From positions 6,699-70,698 of the forward strand of contig JBKQKO010000009.1 in assembly GCA_052147455.1 (NCBI GenBank): a DNA stretch of 64,000 bases, written 5' to 3'. The notes under the pieces were generated by a model. The model worked only from the letters and a program-made list of their open reading frames with translations. It was not told the origin of the DNA and did no database searches. Below are positions 52,256-62,649 of this stretch, piece by piece. The stretch is from Desulfobaccales bacterium. Its GTDB lineage: Bacteria; Desulfobacterota; Desulfobaccia; Desulfobaccales; 0-14-0-80-60-11. Position 1 is the first letter of the stretch; the number at the start of each line of letters is the position of its first letter. A program made the translations under genes and the position numbers.

Positions 52256-54682
52256 ATGGCCTCCAGAGAAGAAGACGAAGAACTGCAACAGATTGTCATC
52301 CCCCAGGTCCTGCCCCTGCTGGCGGTGCGGGATGTGGTGGTCTTTCCCAACATGGTGCTCCCCCTGTTCGTGGGCCGGGAGGCCTCGGTGTTGGCCATCG
52401 AAGCGGCCCTGGCTCAGGACCGCCTCTTGCTGCTGGCCACCCAAAAGGACCAGGCCATTGAGAATCCCGAGATGGAGGATATCTACCCGGTGGGCACCGT
52501 GAGCCTCATCCTCAGGATGTTGAAGCTCCCGGACGGGCGCCTGAAGATCCTGGTCCAGGGCAAGAGCAAGGCGTCGATTCGGGAATATATCCAGGAGCGC
52601 CCCTATTTCCAGGTGAGGCTGGAGGTCATCCCCGAGGCGGCTGTCGACGGGATTTCTCCCGAGGCCGAGGCCCTGATGCGCAATGCCCGGGAGATGTCGG
52701 AAAAGATCCTCACCGTGAAGGGGATCATGTCCCCGGATTTGTTGGCCATCCTGGAGTCCATCGAGGATCCCGGCCACCTGGCCGACCTGGTGGCCGCCAA
52801 CCTGCGCCTCAAGATCGAGGAGGCCCAGATGGTCCTGGAAGAGACGGACCCCATCCGTAGCCTCATCAAAGTGAACGACTTCCTGCGCAAGGAGCTGGAG
52901 GTTTCCGCCATTCAGGCCAAGATCCAATCCCAGGCCCGGGAGGAGATGGACCGTAGCCAGCGGGAATACTTCCTCCGGGAGCAACTGCGGGCCATCAAGA
53001 AGGAACTGGGCGACATCGACGAGCAGGGCAAGGAGATGGAGGAATATCGCCTCAAGATCGCCCGGGTCCGCATGACCAAGCAGGCCGAAGAAGAGGCCCT
53101 CAAGCAGCTCTCTCGCCTGGAGCAGATGCACCCCGACGCCGCCGAGGCCTCCATCGTCCGCACTTACCTGGACTGGTTGGTGGAACTTCCCTGGAGCAAA
53201 AGCACCCGGGACAAGCTGGAGGTGAAGGAATCCAAGGCCATCCTGGACGAAGACCACTACGATCTGGTGAAGGTGAAGGACCGCATCCTGGAATATCTGA
53301 GCGTGCGCAAGCTCAACAAAAAGATGAAAGGCCCCATTCTCTGCTTCGTAGGTCCTCCGGGGGTGGGCAAGACCTCCCTGGGCCAGTCCATTGCCCGGGC
53401 CATGGGGCGCAAATTCACCCGGGTTTCCCTGGGGGGCATGCGGGATGAGGCGGAGATTCGAGGCCACCGCCGCACCTATATCGGCGCCCTGCCGGGGCGC
53501 ATCATCCAGGGGATCAAGACCGCGGGTTCCAACAATCCCGTCTTCCTCCTGGACGAAGTGGACAAGATCGGCATGGACTTTCGGGGCGACCCCTCCGCCG
53601 CCTTGCTGGAGGCCCTGGACCCTGAGCAGAACCATTCCTTCAGCGACCACTATCTCAACGTGCCCTTCGACTTGTCCAGGGTGATGTTCATCACCACCGC
53701 CAACCTGGTGGACCCCATTCCTTCGGCCCTGCGGGACCGCATGGAAACCATCCGCCTGCCGGGCTACACCGAGGACGAGAAGCTGGAGATCGTCCTGCGT
53801 CACCTGATGCCCCGGCAGCTCCAGGAAAACGGCTTGCGCCCCAAAGATCTCACCATCTCCCCGGAGGTACTGAAAAGGATCATTTTGAACTACACCCTGG
53901 AGGCTGGTCTGCGGAACCTGGAGCGGGAGATTGGCGCCCTGTGCCGCAAGGTGGCCCGGCGCCTGGCCGAAGGTGAGAAACCCCCCTTTGCCATTACCCG
54001 GGGCAACCTGCACCGCTATTTGGGGCCGCCCAAGTACCTGCCGGAAGGGGAGGTGGAGAAGGACGAGGTGGGGGTGGCCACCGGCCTGGCCTGGACCCAG
54101 GTGGGGGGCGAGACCCTGGCAGTGGAGGCCTCCCTCATGAAGGGCAAGGGCCAATTGCTTCTCACCGGGCAGTTGGGTGAAGTTATGAAGGAGTCAGGCC
54201 AGGCGGCCTTGAGCTATGCCCGCTCCCGGGCGGATCTCCTGCAACTGCCCGCGGATTTCTATGAAAAGCTGGATATTCATATCCATGTGCCCGCCGGGGC
54301 TACCCCCAAGGATGGCCCCTCCGCCGGGGTCACCATGGCCACTGCCTTAATCTCCGCCCTGACCAAGATTCCGGTGCGCCGGGATGTGGCCATGACCGGG
54401 GAGATCACTTTGCGGGGCAAGATCCTGCCCATCGGCGGCCTGAAAGAGAAGGCCATCGCCGCGCTCCGGGCCAGGATCAAAAAGGTCATCATCCCCGTGG
54501 CCAATAAAAAGGACCTGGAGGAGATTCCGCGCAACGTCAAGCGGCGTATCAAGTTCGTGGCGGTGACCGACATGGATCAGGTCCTGGGCGAGGCCATGAT
54601 CCGCTCGCCTTTCCGGGAAGTGAAGAAGCCCGAGGCCGGCAAGGGCAGGGTAGGGCGGCCGGCCCGGCTCCCGGTGGTTTGA
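52256..54682 (+). CDS. lon: ATP-dependent Lon protease
   Basis: Walker A GPPGVGKTS, LLDEVDK, catalytic PKDGPSAG...KIPVRRDVAMTGEITLRG; N-terminal LON domain. Confidence 0.97.
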   Translation: MASREEDEELQQIVIPQVLPLLAVRDVVVFPNMVLPLFVGREASVLAIEAALAQDRLLLLATQKDQAIENPEMEDIYPVGTVSLILRMLKLPDGRLKILVQGKSKASIREYIQERPYFQVRLEVIPEAAVDGISPEAEALMRNAREMSEKILTVKGIMSPDLLAILESIEDPGHLADLVAANLRLKIEEAQMVLEETDPIRSLIKVNDFLRKELEVSAIQAKIQSQAREEMDRSQREYFLREQLRAIKKELGDIDEQGKEMEEYRLKIARVRMTKQAEEEALKQLSRLEQMHPDAAEASIVRTYLDWLVELPWSKSTRDKLEVKESKAILDEDHYDLVKVKDRILEYLSVRKLNKKMKGPILCFVGPPGVGKTSLGQSIARAMGRKFTRVSLGGMRDEAEIRGHRRTYIGALPGRIIQGIKTAGSNNPVFLLDEVDKIGMDFRGDPSAALLEALDPEQNHSFSDHYLNVPFDLSRVMFITTANLVDPIPSALRDRMETIRLPGYTEDEKLEIVLRHLMPRQLQENGLRPKDLTISPEVLKRIILNYTLEAGLRNLEREIGALCRKVARRLAEGEKPPFAITRGNLHRYLGPPKYLPEGEVEKDEVGVATGLAWTQVGGETLAVEASLMKGKGQLLLTGQLGEVMKESGQAALSYARSRADLLQLPADFYEKLDIHIHVPAGATPKDGPSAGVTMATALISALTKIPVRRDVAMTGEITLRGKILPIGGLKEKAIAALRARIKKVIIPVANKKDLEEIPRNVKRRIKFVAVTDMDQVLGEAMIRSPFREVKKPEAGKGRVGRPARLPVV

Positions 54683-54785
54683 GAGAGAAGCTTGCCGGTA
54701 ATCGCCGGATCATTGCCGCCTTCGAGGTTTCCTTGCCGGAAAAGGCCTCGTGTGATGCTTCATAATTGCTAAGACATTTCAAATT

Positions 54786-54945
54786 ACGGTTTTTTAACCC
54801 CCCCTTTGAAAAAGGGGGGACAGGGGGGATTTAAAATAACCTCTTGAAATCCCCCTAAATCCCCCTTTTCCAAAGGGGGACTTTAATACCCTTGGAATTT
54901 AGGTTTTCAGTTGATTTAATGCCATACTATTTACGAAGCACAACA
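54786..54945 (+). repeat. ~160-bp multi-hairpin dispersed repeat, copy 2
   Basis: Inverted partner of 6283-6440. Confidence 0.9.
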
Positions 54946-55096
54946 ACGCGCTTCCTTTTGGGGCTGAGGGAGAAGAACGATTCTGGCTTGATTTTTCACG
55001 CCGCGGCAATAGCCTATCTCCACCGGGGACAAGCCCTCTATAAATCAAAGTTTTTGCTGACTGCTGCCGGTTGACAGCTGAAGGCCTCAACAAAAT

Positions 55097-56368
55097 TTGG
55101 ATCCACTCTGGTCAGATTCCCATCTCCCAAGTTATCTCGCCCTGGGCGCCATGGCGCTGTTGTGCGCCTTGTTTGCCGCCAGCGAAACCTCCCTCTTTGC
55201 GCTGACTCCCTTGGACCGCCTGCGTCTCCGGGAGAAGAACCGGGTCCGGGGAGAGCGGGTGGAGGCCCTCCTGGCCCGGCCCCGGCGCCTTCTGGTGACG
55301 GTGCTCATGGGAGTGGAGACGATCAACATCCTGGCCTCCATTGTGTTCACCTCCCTGGCCCTGAGCCTCTGGGGGCCCCAGGGAAAATGGCTGGCCCTGG
55401 GCCTGCTGGCTCCCGTATTTCTCCTGGTGGCGGAACTGATTCCCAAGTCCCTGGCCCTGATCTATGCTACTCGCCTGGCTCCCTGGCTGGCCCTCCTGGT
55501 GAAGCCCGCCATCCTGGTGTTTACTCCCTTGCGCCTGGTATTATTGCAGATCAGCCGGGGTATTCTGGCCACCCTGGGATTTCGCCCGGAGATCGAAGTG
55601 CCCGCGGTGCGCCAGGAAGACTTCGTCCGCATGGTGGAAGAGAGCCATCTCCGGGGCCTGATTGCCGAGGTGGAGCGGGATTTTATCCAGAACCTCCTGA
55701 GTTTCGGCGAACTGCGGGTGGGGCAGATCATGGTCCCCCGCCCCGAGATCTTCTCCCTGCCCCTGGATATGCCCTATCCCGAAATGATCCAGGCCATCAA
55801 GCGGTCCCGGTTTTCCCGGATCCCCATCTATCGGGACAGCCCTGACGCCGTCCTGGGCATCCTGCACGCCAAAGATGTCCTGGCGCTGGTGGTGGAGGGC
55901 CCCTGCGGGGAGGAGATTAAGGAAAATCTTTTGCGGCCGGCCTATTATGTGCCGGAAAACAAAAAAGCCTTCGATCTGCTGACGGAGTTGCAGGCCCGAC
56001 ATCTGCGCCTGGCCCTGGTGGTGGATGAATACGGCTCCTTGGTGGGGCTGGTGAGCGTAGAGGACCTGCTGGAGGAACTCTGCGGCGAGATCCCCCAAGA
56101 GTTTCAGGTGGAAGAGAAACCCCTGGTGGAGATCGCCCCGGGTGTCTGGCGGGTCAAGGCCACCCTGTCCCTGGCGGATTTCAACGGGGCCCTGGGCCTG
56201 GAGCTGCCCACCGCGGAGTTCGATACCATCGGCGGCCTGGTTCTGAACCTCTTCGGCACTCTGCCCCGGGAAGGCGGCAGCGTGGCCTGGGACCATCTGC
56301 GCTTCCGGGTGACCCGGATGAAGGGGACCCGTATCCTGGAGATGGAGGTGCGCCGGGAACAGCCATGA
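55097..56368 (+). CDS. CNNM/TlyC-family protein (DUF21-CBS-CorC_HlyC)
   Basis: N-terminal TM block with SETSLFAL, a CBS pair, and C-terminal [22 protein letters not shown] start is uncertain (alternative ATG 55151). Confidence 0.85.
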   Translation: MDPLWSDSHLPSYLALGAMALLCALFAASETSLFALTPLDRLRLREKNRVRGERVEALLARPRRLLVTVLMGVETINILASIVFTSLALSLWGPQGKWLALGLLAPVFLLVAELIPKSLALIYATRLAPWLALLVKPAILVFTPLRLVLLQISRGILATLGFRPEIEVPAVRQEDFVRMVEESHLRGLIAEVERDFIQNLLSFGELRVGQIMVPRPEIFSLPLDMPYPEMIQAIKRSRFSRIPIYRDSPDAVLGILHAKDVLALVVEGPCGEEIKENLLRPAYYVPENKKAFDLLTELQARHLRLALVVDEYGSLVGLVSVEDLLEELCGEIPQEFQVEEKPLVEIAPGVWRVKATLSLADFNGALGLELPTAEFDTIGGLVLNLFGTLPREGGSVAWDHLRFRVTRMKGTRILEMEVRREQP

Positions 56369-57609
56369 ATTCCGGAATTCTCCTCATCTTCATCCCGCTC
56401 CTGCTCCTGGAAGGGATCTTCGCGGCGGCGGAGATCGCCCTGGTCTCCGCCAACCGCCACCGCCTTCACCGCCGGGCCGAGGAGGGACACTGGGGTGCGC
56501 ACCTGGCCTTACAGCTCCTGGGGCGGCCGGAGTACTACCTGTCCGCCACCTTGCTGGGCGCTTACCTGGCGGCGGCGGCCAATACCATCCTGGTGACTGC
56601 TTTTTTTCTGGGGCGCTTCGGTCAGGGGGCCGAAATCCCGGTGATGATCGTCCTGCCCCCGCTGATTCTGATTCTGGGAGAAATCATCCCCAAATCCGTG
56701 GGCCGGCAGCAGGCCACCATGCTGGCGGAGCGCCTGGCCCCGGCCCTGTGGCTGTTCTTCTGGGCATTCTCTCCCATTATCTGGATCTTCGGTGGCCTCA
56801 GCCGGGCAGTATTGCTGGTCGCCGGGGTCCGCCAGACCGGCCAGATGCCCTTCATCACCCGGGAGGATCTGCGCCTGGTGGTGGCCAAGAGCGGTCCGGA
56901 AGTGGACTTGCAGGGTACCGAGCGCCTCTTCATCCATCGTATCCTCCAGTTCAGCCTGCGTACCGTCAAAGAGGTGATGGTACCCCTCATCCGGGTGAGC
57001 GCTATTCCGGACACCCTGACCATCCAGCAGGCCCGGGAGGAATTCCGCGACTCTTGCTTCTCCCGCCTGCCGATATTTCACCGACGCATCGACAACCTCA
57101 TCGGAGTGCTCCACAGCTTCGACCTCCTGGGGGAGGAGTACGGCGAGCGCCCCATCAAGCCCTTCGTCCGCACGGTGAAGTATGTGCCGGAAGTGAAAAA
57201 GATCGACCGGCTGCTCACTGAGATGCAGCGGGAGGGCAGTCACCTGGCGGTGGTGGTGGACGAATATGGCGGTGCGGTAGGCATTGTCGCCATCGAAGAC
57301 CTGTTGGAAGAGATCGTCGGAGAAATCACCGGCGAGTTCGACCAGGAGGTGACTCCCTACCGGAAGTTGGGAGAGGGGCATTATCTCATCAACGCCCGCA
57401 CCGAAATCAATACCTTGAACGAATCCCTGAAATTGGGCCTGCCCTCCGGGGATTACGAGACCCTGGCGGGGTTCCTCATCGCCCAACTGGGCGAGTTGCC
57501 CCGGGGCGGGGAACGGGTGCAGTACCACAACCTGCATTTTACCGTGTGCGCCACCGAAGGCCGCACCGTAAAGGAGGTGGAACTTCTTGTCGACCGCGCC
57601 GAGCAGTGA
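56365..57609 (+). CDS. Second CNNM/TlyC-family protein
   Basis: AAEIALVSAN, a CBS pair, YETLAGFLIAQLGELPRGG. Its start overlaps the stop of the previous gene. Confidence 0.85.
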   Translation: MNSGILLIFIPLLLLEGIFAAAEIALVSANRHRLHRRAEEGHWGAHLALQLLGRPEYYLSATLLGAYLAAAANTILVTAFFLGRFGQGAEIPVMIVLPPLILILGEIIPKSVGRQQATMLAERLAPALWLFFWAFSPIIWIFGGLSRAVLLVAGVRQTGQMPFITREDLRLVVAKSGPEVDLQGTERLFIHRILQFSLRTVKEVMVPLIRVSAIPDTLTIQQAREEFRDSCFSRLPIFHRRIDNLIGVLHSFDLLGEEYGERPIKPFVRTVKYVPEVKKIDRLLTEMQREGSHLAVVVDEYGGAVGIVAIEDLLEEIVGEITGEFDQEVTPYRKLGEGHYLINARTEINTLNESLKLGLPSGDYETLAGFLIAQLGELPRGGERVQYHNLHFTVCATEGRTVKEVELLVDRAEQ

Positions 57610-58771
57610 ACGCTGGGCCTTCTTCGACTGCTTCGCCGGCATCAGCGGGGACATGACCCTGGGGGCCCTCATCGATCTGGGCCTTGAGGTTTCGGACCTG
57701 GAGGGCCTCCTCAAACTGCTGGGGCTGGCCGGGGTGAGTCTGGCGGCGCCGCGCCGCACCAAGGACCATCTCAGCGGGGTGCAGCTCCAGGTGGACTTCC
57801 GGTCTCGCCACCCCCAGCCTACCCGGAGCTACCGGGAGATCCACGCCCTGATCGCCGGCAGCCCCCTAAGTCCCGGGGTGCAGGAACGCAGCCTCGCCAT
57901 GTTTCGCCTCCTGGGGGAGGTGGAGGCCCGGATTCACGGCCAGCCCCTGGAGGAGGTGCACTTCCATGAACTGGGGGCTCTGGATACCCTCCTGGACATC
58001 GTGGGCGCCGCTTACGGGGTGGAGAACTTGGGGATCACCCGGATCTTTTGCAGCTCCCTGCCCATGGGCTACGGGATGATCGCCGGGAGCCATGGCCTGC
58101 TGCCCAACCCGGCCCCCGCCACCCTGGAATTGTTGAGGGGACTGCCGGTTTACGGCACCGATCTGCCCGGGGAGCTGGTGACCCCCACCGGCGCGGTGCT
58201 TCTCCAGGGACTGGGGGCGGTCTTCGAGCCCTGCCCGCCCATGCGTCTGGAACGGGTGGGCTACGGCGCCGGCAGCCGGGAACTGCCGGGGTATCCCAAT
58301 CTGCTGCGCATTTATCTGGGGACCCCCTTGACCCCGGCCGCCGGCCGGCGGGAGCGGGTGCTGGTCCTGGAGACCCACATAGACGACATGAACCCGGAGC
58401 TCTACGAGCCCTTGATGGCCGGGCTCATCAAGTCCGGGGCCCTGGACGTGGCCCTGAGTCCCCTGCAGATGAAGAAGGGCCGTCCCGGGGTGGGCCTTAC
58501 GGTGATCAGCCCGCTGGCGGCCCGGGAGGCCCTGCTGGAGCGGCTGTTCACCGAGTCCACCACCCTGGGGGTGCGGGTCTCGGAGGTGGAGCGGGTGGCG
58601 GCCAGACGCTGGCAGGAGACCGTGGATACCCCCTACGGCCCGTTAACGGTGAAGGTCATGGAGTACGGCGGCCAGCGCCGGCTGCTGCCGGAGTACGAGG
58701 CCTGCCGCCAGATGGCCGAAGCCCAGGGGCTGCCGCTCCTGGAGGTTTACCGGCTGGTGCCCCGGGAGTGA
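57587..58771 (+). CDS. larC: Nickel-insertion protein LarC (DUF111)
   Basis: WAFFDCFAGISGDMTLGALIDLG N-terminal motif. TTG 57587 is preceded by AAGGAGGTGG. Confidence 0.85.
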   Translation: MSTAPSSERWAFFDCFAGISGDMTLGALIDLGLEVSDLEGLLKLLGLAGVSLAAPRRTKDHLSGVQLQVDFRSRHPQPTRSYREIHALIAGSPLSPGVQERSLAMFRLLGEVEARIHGQPLEEVHFHELGALDTLLDIVGAAYGVENLGITRIFCSSLPMGYGMIAGSHGLLPNPAPATLELLRGLPVYGTDLPGELVTPTGAVLLQGLGAVFEPCPPMRLERVGYGAGSRELPGYPNLLRIYLGTPLTPAAGRRERVLVLETHIDDMNPELYEPLMAGLIKSGALDVALSPLQMKKGRPGVGLTVISPLAAREALLERLFTESTTLGVRVSEVERVAARRWQETVDTPYGPLTVKVMEYGGQRRLLPEYEACRQMAEAQGLPLLEVYRLVPRE

Positions 58772-58853
58772 CCAGGGAGAGGTGGGTCACCCCGGGGCTT
58801 GTCCGGCACGCCGCTTGAGAGATCGGCTGGGGGCCGGCGGCGGCGGCAACTAC

Positions 58854-60128
58854 CTATTTGAGCGGTTTATTATAAGACTCCGGCAAGGATATAATGGAAA
58901 TAAGCGCAATTAAAATCATCCCGATAAGATAGAATGCCGGGGAGGCGTTATTGCCGGTGGCTTTAATGAGATAAGTGGCAAAGAATGGACCCATGCCACC
59001 CCCGATGGCCGCGCAGATGTTGTACCCCACCAGAGATGAGATCCGCACCTGAGTCGTGAAGATTTCCGCGATAAAGGCGACGGCAGTCCCTGAGAACATG
59101 GAAACAAAGAGAGCCAGTACGAATTCTGCCAGCAACACCTTGATAAAACTGCCATCACTTATAAATACAAATAATGGATAGGTGCAGAATATGAAGCCCA
59201 GGCAAGCAGTGATCAGAACGGGTTTCCTGCCGATCCGATCCGATAGGTGTCCCATGATAGGCATAAGAATAATGAGCAAAATGCTGGAAAAAAAGCTTGC
59301 CAACAGGGAGAGACTCAGCGGGAGTTTTAAGATCGTATTAATGTAAGTGGACATGAAGGTCAATAACATATAAAATGCGGCGTTCCAGCCAAGCGACATG
59401 CCCATAGCTTTGATGATACCGCTGAGATTACTTTTAAGCGAGGCCATCAGGGGATTTCTCTGTACCTGATGCGTTTCTTCCACTTTTACAAAGGATGGGG
59501 TATCCTGAATCTTTCTCCGGATAAACCAACCTATATAGCCCAGGACAATGCCAAAAATGAAGGGAAGCCGCCAACCCCAGGAGTATAAGGCCTCTTTGGC
59601 TAAATAATGGGTCAGGAAAAAACCTACCAAAGAACCGATAGTCATCCCGACTACCGCGAGATTTTGCTGGAAACTGCCATAAAACCCACGATTATTTTCC
59701 GTCGCATACTCAACCATGAAGGCAGTTGACCCACCCCATTCGCCACCGGTTGAAAAACCCTGGATCAGCCGGCAGGCAGTCAATAATATAGGTCCAGCCA
59801 GGCCTATCGCGGCATACGACGGTATAAAGCCTATGCAGAAGGTGACCCCGGCCATTATATAGATGGTCCAGGCAAGTGCGATCCTGCGGCCGTATTTGTC
59901 GCCGATGTGCCCGAAGACAATGGCGCCCACCGGCCGCATGACGAAACCAAGGCCGAATACCAGAAAGGTTAGCAGGATGCTCACGACCCGATCTTTAACC
60001 GGGAAGAAGACCGTGGAGATGATAGGAGCAAGCGTACCGTAGACACCGTAATCAAACCATTCCAAGATTTGGCCTGCGCCGCCAGCGTAGATAGCCCGAA
60101 CCCTGGTTGATTTATCAATAGAATTCAT
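58854..60128 (-). CDS. MFS transporter, metabolite:H+ symporter (MHS)-like
   Basis: 12 hydrophobic spans and the loop motif GHIGDKYGRR. Confidence 0.85.
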   Translation of the reverse strand: MNSIDKSTRVRAIYAGGAGQILEWFDYGVYGTLAPIISTVFFPVKDRVVSILLTFLVFGLGFVMRPVGAIVFGHIGDKYGRRIALAWTIYIMAGVTFCIGFIPSYAAIGLAGPILLTACRLIQGFSTGGEWGGSTAFMVEYATENNRGFYGSFQQNLAVVGMTIGSLVGFFLTHYLAKEALYSWGWRLPFIFGIVLGYIGWFIRRKIQDTPSFVKVEETHQVQRNPLMASLKSNLSGIIKAMGMSLGWNAAFYMLLTFMSTYINTILKLPLSLSLLASFFSSILLIILMPIMGHLSDRIGRKPVLITACLGFIFCTYPLFVFISDGSFIKVLLAEFVLALFVSMFSGTAVAFIAEIFTTQVRISSLVGYNICAAIGGGMGPFFATYLIKATGNNASPAFYLIGMILIALISIISLPESYNKPLK

Positions 60129-60703
60129 ATTTTTCCCCTCGAACCTTGGGTTATTTTTTAAATTTTGGAAAGGCGCCGGGAAATATCAGCTCCGGGCCAA
60201 CGACTTGCCAAGCAATCGCCGCCCCTTCTCTAAAATTGAGGAGGCTCGCGGTGTCCGCCTTAGCTTTTTGCCAGGTTTACCTCCTGCAACGTGAGGGTCT
60301 ATCAAAGGTTGCCAGACCAAGGGCAGCCGGGAATCCTCCGGCCGGTCAAGGATGGTTAAAGGTAGAATGATTCAATGATATAATCACAGTATCCTAGAAG
60401 TCAAGAGAATATTTCATATGGGGTATAACCTTGAAATAATTAGTATTTTTCAGTATTAGTTCGGAGTTATTTCTTGACAAAAGAAGGTAGTCATAGGATG
60501 ATAGTACCATAGGATTTTTCCAAGGGCTTGCCCGGCAAAAGTCACTCCCGCCGGGGGCCGGAAAAGAAAGGGCAGAGAGGGTTCCGGGGTGCCCAGGATG
60601 GATTCAGCCTCCTGCCAGTGGGGTTGCGGTCCTGCGTCGGTAACGGTTGCCGGTGGCCGGGGCAATGTTTAGATTGGGGAGACCCCAGCAGAGAGAGAAA
60701 TCC

Positions 60704-61468
60704 ATGGAAATGATGAGTCTGAGACGAATGAGCGCGGCTGACGAAGCTTTCAAGGCTCTGTACGACAGGATCATGTCCGGTCAGTTGAAACACGGAGATA
60801 AGCTCCCTTCGCAAGACAAAATGGCCCTGCAGTTCGGGGTCAGTCGCAATACCATCCGGGAAGCCATCAATAAGCTCATCGTCATGGGTCTGCTTAGCGC
60901 CAGGCAGGGTGTGGGGACCGTGGTCAATATCACCAGCTCAACCGCGTATCTGGCCTCGCTTTCGGATCATCTGCTCCTGCAGGCCACGACAGTGCGGGAT
61001 TTTCTGGAAGCACGGGTAATCATCGAAAAGGCAACCGTGCGCCTGGCTGTTATGAGGGCGGACCCGAAAGTGATCGCCGAACTGGAAGTCAACCTAAAAA
61101 AACAACAAGAGGCTATTCGGAAGGGCAACATTAAAGCCTTTATCGCCCAGGATGTCCTGTTTCACACCACTCTGGCCAAGGCGAGCGGAAACCAGGTTTT
61201 GTTGCAGTTACTGGGGACCGTAACCGACCTTTTGGGTAATTTTATCAAAGAGGTCTCTCTGCTGCCCATGGCCATGCAAAATGCCCTGGCGTTCCATAAG
61301 CAAATACTCAAGTTGATCAAGACAGGGGACACCGAAGGCGCTGAAAGGAAGGTGGTTGAACATCTTTACGATGTTGCCAGAAATATCGAGCAGAGCACCG
61401 GCACCGAAATGGTCATGGAATTCCCTTTCGACCCAGGCGGGGGAAGCGGCAAGCCGCGCCAAAAATAG
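60704..61468 (+). CDS. GntR-family transcriptional regulator (FadR-type C-terminal domain)
   Basis: Winged HTH LPSQDKMALQFGVSRNTIREAINKL, then an all-helical FCD-like domain. Confidence 0.85.
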   Translation: MEMMSLRRMSAADEAFKALYDRIMSGQLKHGDKLPSQDKMALQFGVSRNTIREAINKLIVMGLLSARQGVGTVVNITSSTAYLASLSDHLLLQATTVRDFLEARVIIEKATVRLAVMRADPKVIAELEVNLKKQQEAIRKGNIKAFIAQDVLFHTTLAKASGNQVLLQLLGTVTDLLGNFIKEVSLLPMAMQNALAFHKQILKLIKTGDTEGAERKVVEHLYDVARNIEQSTGTEMVMEFPFDPGGGSGKPRQK

Positions 61469-61525
61469 TTTGCTGATCTTTTGGCGGTTGCCGGTTTTTA
61501 TTATTCCTTAATCGAGGAGGGGCTG

Positions 61526-62599
61526 ATGAATTTGCAACCCGATTTCGAGCGCATCAGAAAAACAGTCCGGCACGAGGAGCCGGATAGAGTTCCCCTTTGT
61601 GAAGCACTCATCGAATATCCCATACAGGGCAAGTTTCTCGGTCGTAAAGTTACCCAGGACGACCTGGGGGCCCAGGTTGAATTCTGGGCGGGCGCCGGCT
61701 ACGATTTCATCCCCATAACAGTCGGGATGATGAGTCCCGGGAAGGTGACCCAGGAGTCTTCCATTTCGCGGGTCATCCGAGAGATCATGCTCAAGGACTC
61801 CCCGGATAGCAAAGATGATAAGGCCTGGAACCTGGAGTTTACTAGCTTCATCAAAACCCGGGAGGACTTCGAGAAATTTCCCTGGGAGATGGCCGCGCAG
61901 CTCGATTTTTCCGGCATACATCAGGTGAAGGACCTGCTTCCAGACGGCATGAAGGTCATTGTCATCTCCGGCAAGATCTTCACGCTTACCTGGATGCTCA
62001 TGGGATTCAATCATTTCGCCATGTCCTTAATCATGGATGAACAACTCGTGGCGGATGTATTCAGGAAGGTCGCGGAAATCCAGTTCCAGGGGCTCGAAGA
62101 AATCCTCAAAATACCTTATGTCGGAGCAGTATGGGTGGTTGACGACCTGGCGTTTGGCAATGGCCCCATGATCTCTCCCCAGGCCTTCGGCGACCATGTT
62201 TTTCCCTGGTATCGGGAAATGGCTTCCAGGTGCCACCAGAATGATCTCCTGTTTTTCATGCACACGGACGGTGACGTGATGCCTTTAATGGAGGACCTCA
62301 TCAAGATGGGCCTCGACGTTTTACAGCCCATCGATCCAACCTGCATGGACATTGTCAAAGTCAAGGAGATGTATGGCGATCGCCTCACCCTGGTGGGAAA
62401 TGTCCCCAATGAACTTTTGAGAAGCGGCGTCCCCGCCGAGGTGGAACAATATGTGAAGAATCTTATCGCCCAGGTTGCTCCGGGGGGAGGGTATTGTGTC
62501 GGGTCGGGGAATTCAGTCCCCGAATGGGCTAATTTCGACAATTTCATGGCGATGCGGGAAGCTGCCCTCAAATATGGGGGCTACCCCATCAAACGATGA
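61526..62599 (+). CDS. Uroporphyrinogen-decarboxylase-family methyltransferase (MtaA/CmuA-like)
   Basis: URO-D-fold length, with FFMHTDGDVMPLMEDLIKMGLDVLQPIDP and NSVPEWANFDNF. Adjacent corrinoid protein. Shine-Dalgarno GAGGAGG. Confidence 0.7.
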   Translation: MNLQPDFERIRKTVRHEEPDRVPLCEALIEYPIQGKFLGRKVTQDDLGAQVEFWAGAGYDFIPITVGMMSPGKVTQESSISRVIREIMLKDSPDSKDDKAWNLEFTSFIKTREDFEKFPWEMAAQLDFSGIHQVKDLLPDGMKVIVISGKIFTLTWMLMGFNHFAMSLIMDEQLVADVFRKVAEIQFQGLEEILKIPYVGAVWVVDDLAFGNGPMISPQAFGDHVFPWYREMASRCHQNDLLFFMHTDGDVMPLMEDLIKMGLDVLQPIDPTCMDIVKVKEMYGDRLTLVGNVPNELLRSGVPAEVEQYVKNLIAQVAPGGGYCVGSGNSVPEWANFDNFMAMREAALKYGGYPIKR

Positions 62600-62649
62600 A
62601 CCCAAGGATCATGGGCTACTGAGCAGCTACATTTCTGGAGGAGCAGCTA

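Noticed and set aside
52208-54154. A 648-aa ORF antisense to lon, plus similar long antisense or alternative-frame ORFs (465-1532, 8295-9494, 17334-18434, 24476-25678, 56509-57762, 62647-63300 and others)
   Set aside because: High-GC DNA produces long stop-free antisense frames. Their translations are Arg/Gly/Pro/His-rich low-complexity sequence without motifs, whereas the opposite strand encodes clearly recognisable proteins.
6283-54945. The 48.5-kb segment between the inverted 160-bp repeats as a mobile element or prophage
   Set aside because: The content is overwhelmingly housekeeping (sucCD, gpmA, metF/hdr, mpl, ddl, ispDF, shc, lon). There is no integrase, transposase or phage gene. The repeats are better explained as copies of a dispersed element.
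60129-60703. Cobalamin or other riboswitch in the 575-bp divergent region between the MFS transporter and the GntR/corrinoid operon
   Set aside because: I read both strands and found no B12-box-like core or other riboswitch consensus I can recognise. Only generic GC-rich stems are present. An Infernal/Rfam scan would be needed for a definitive answer.
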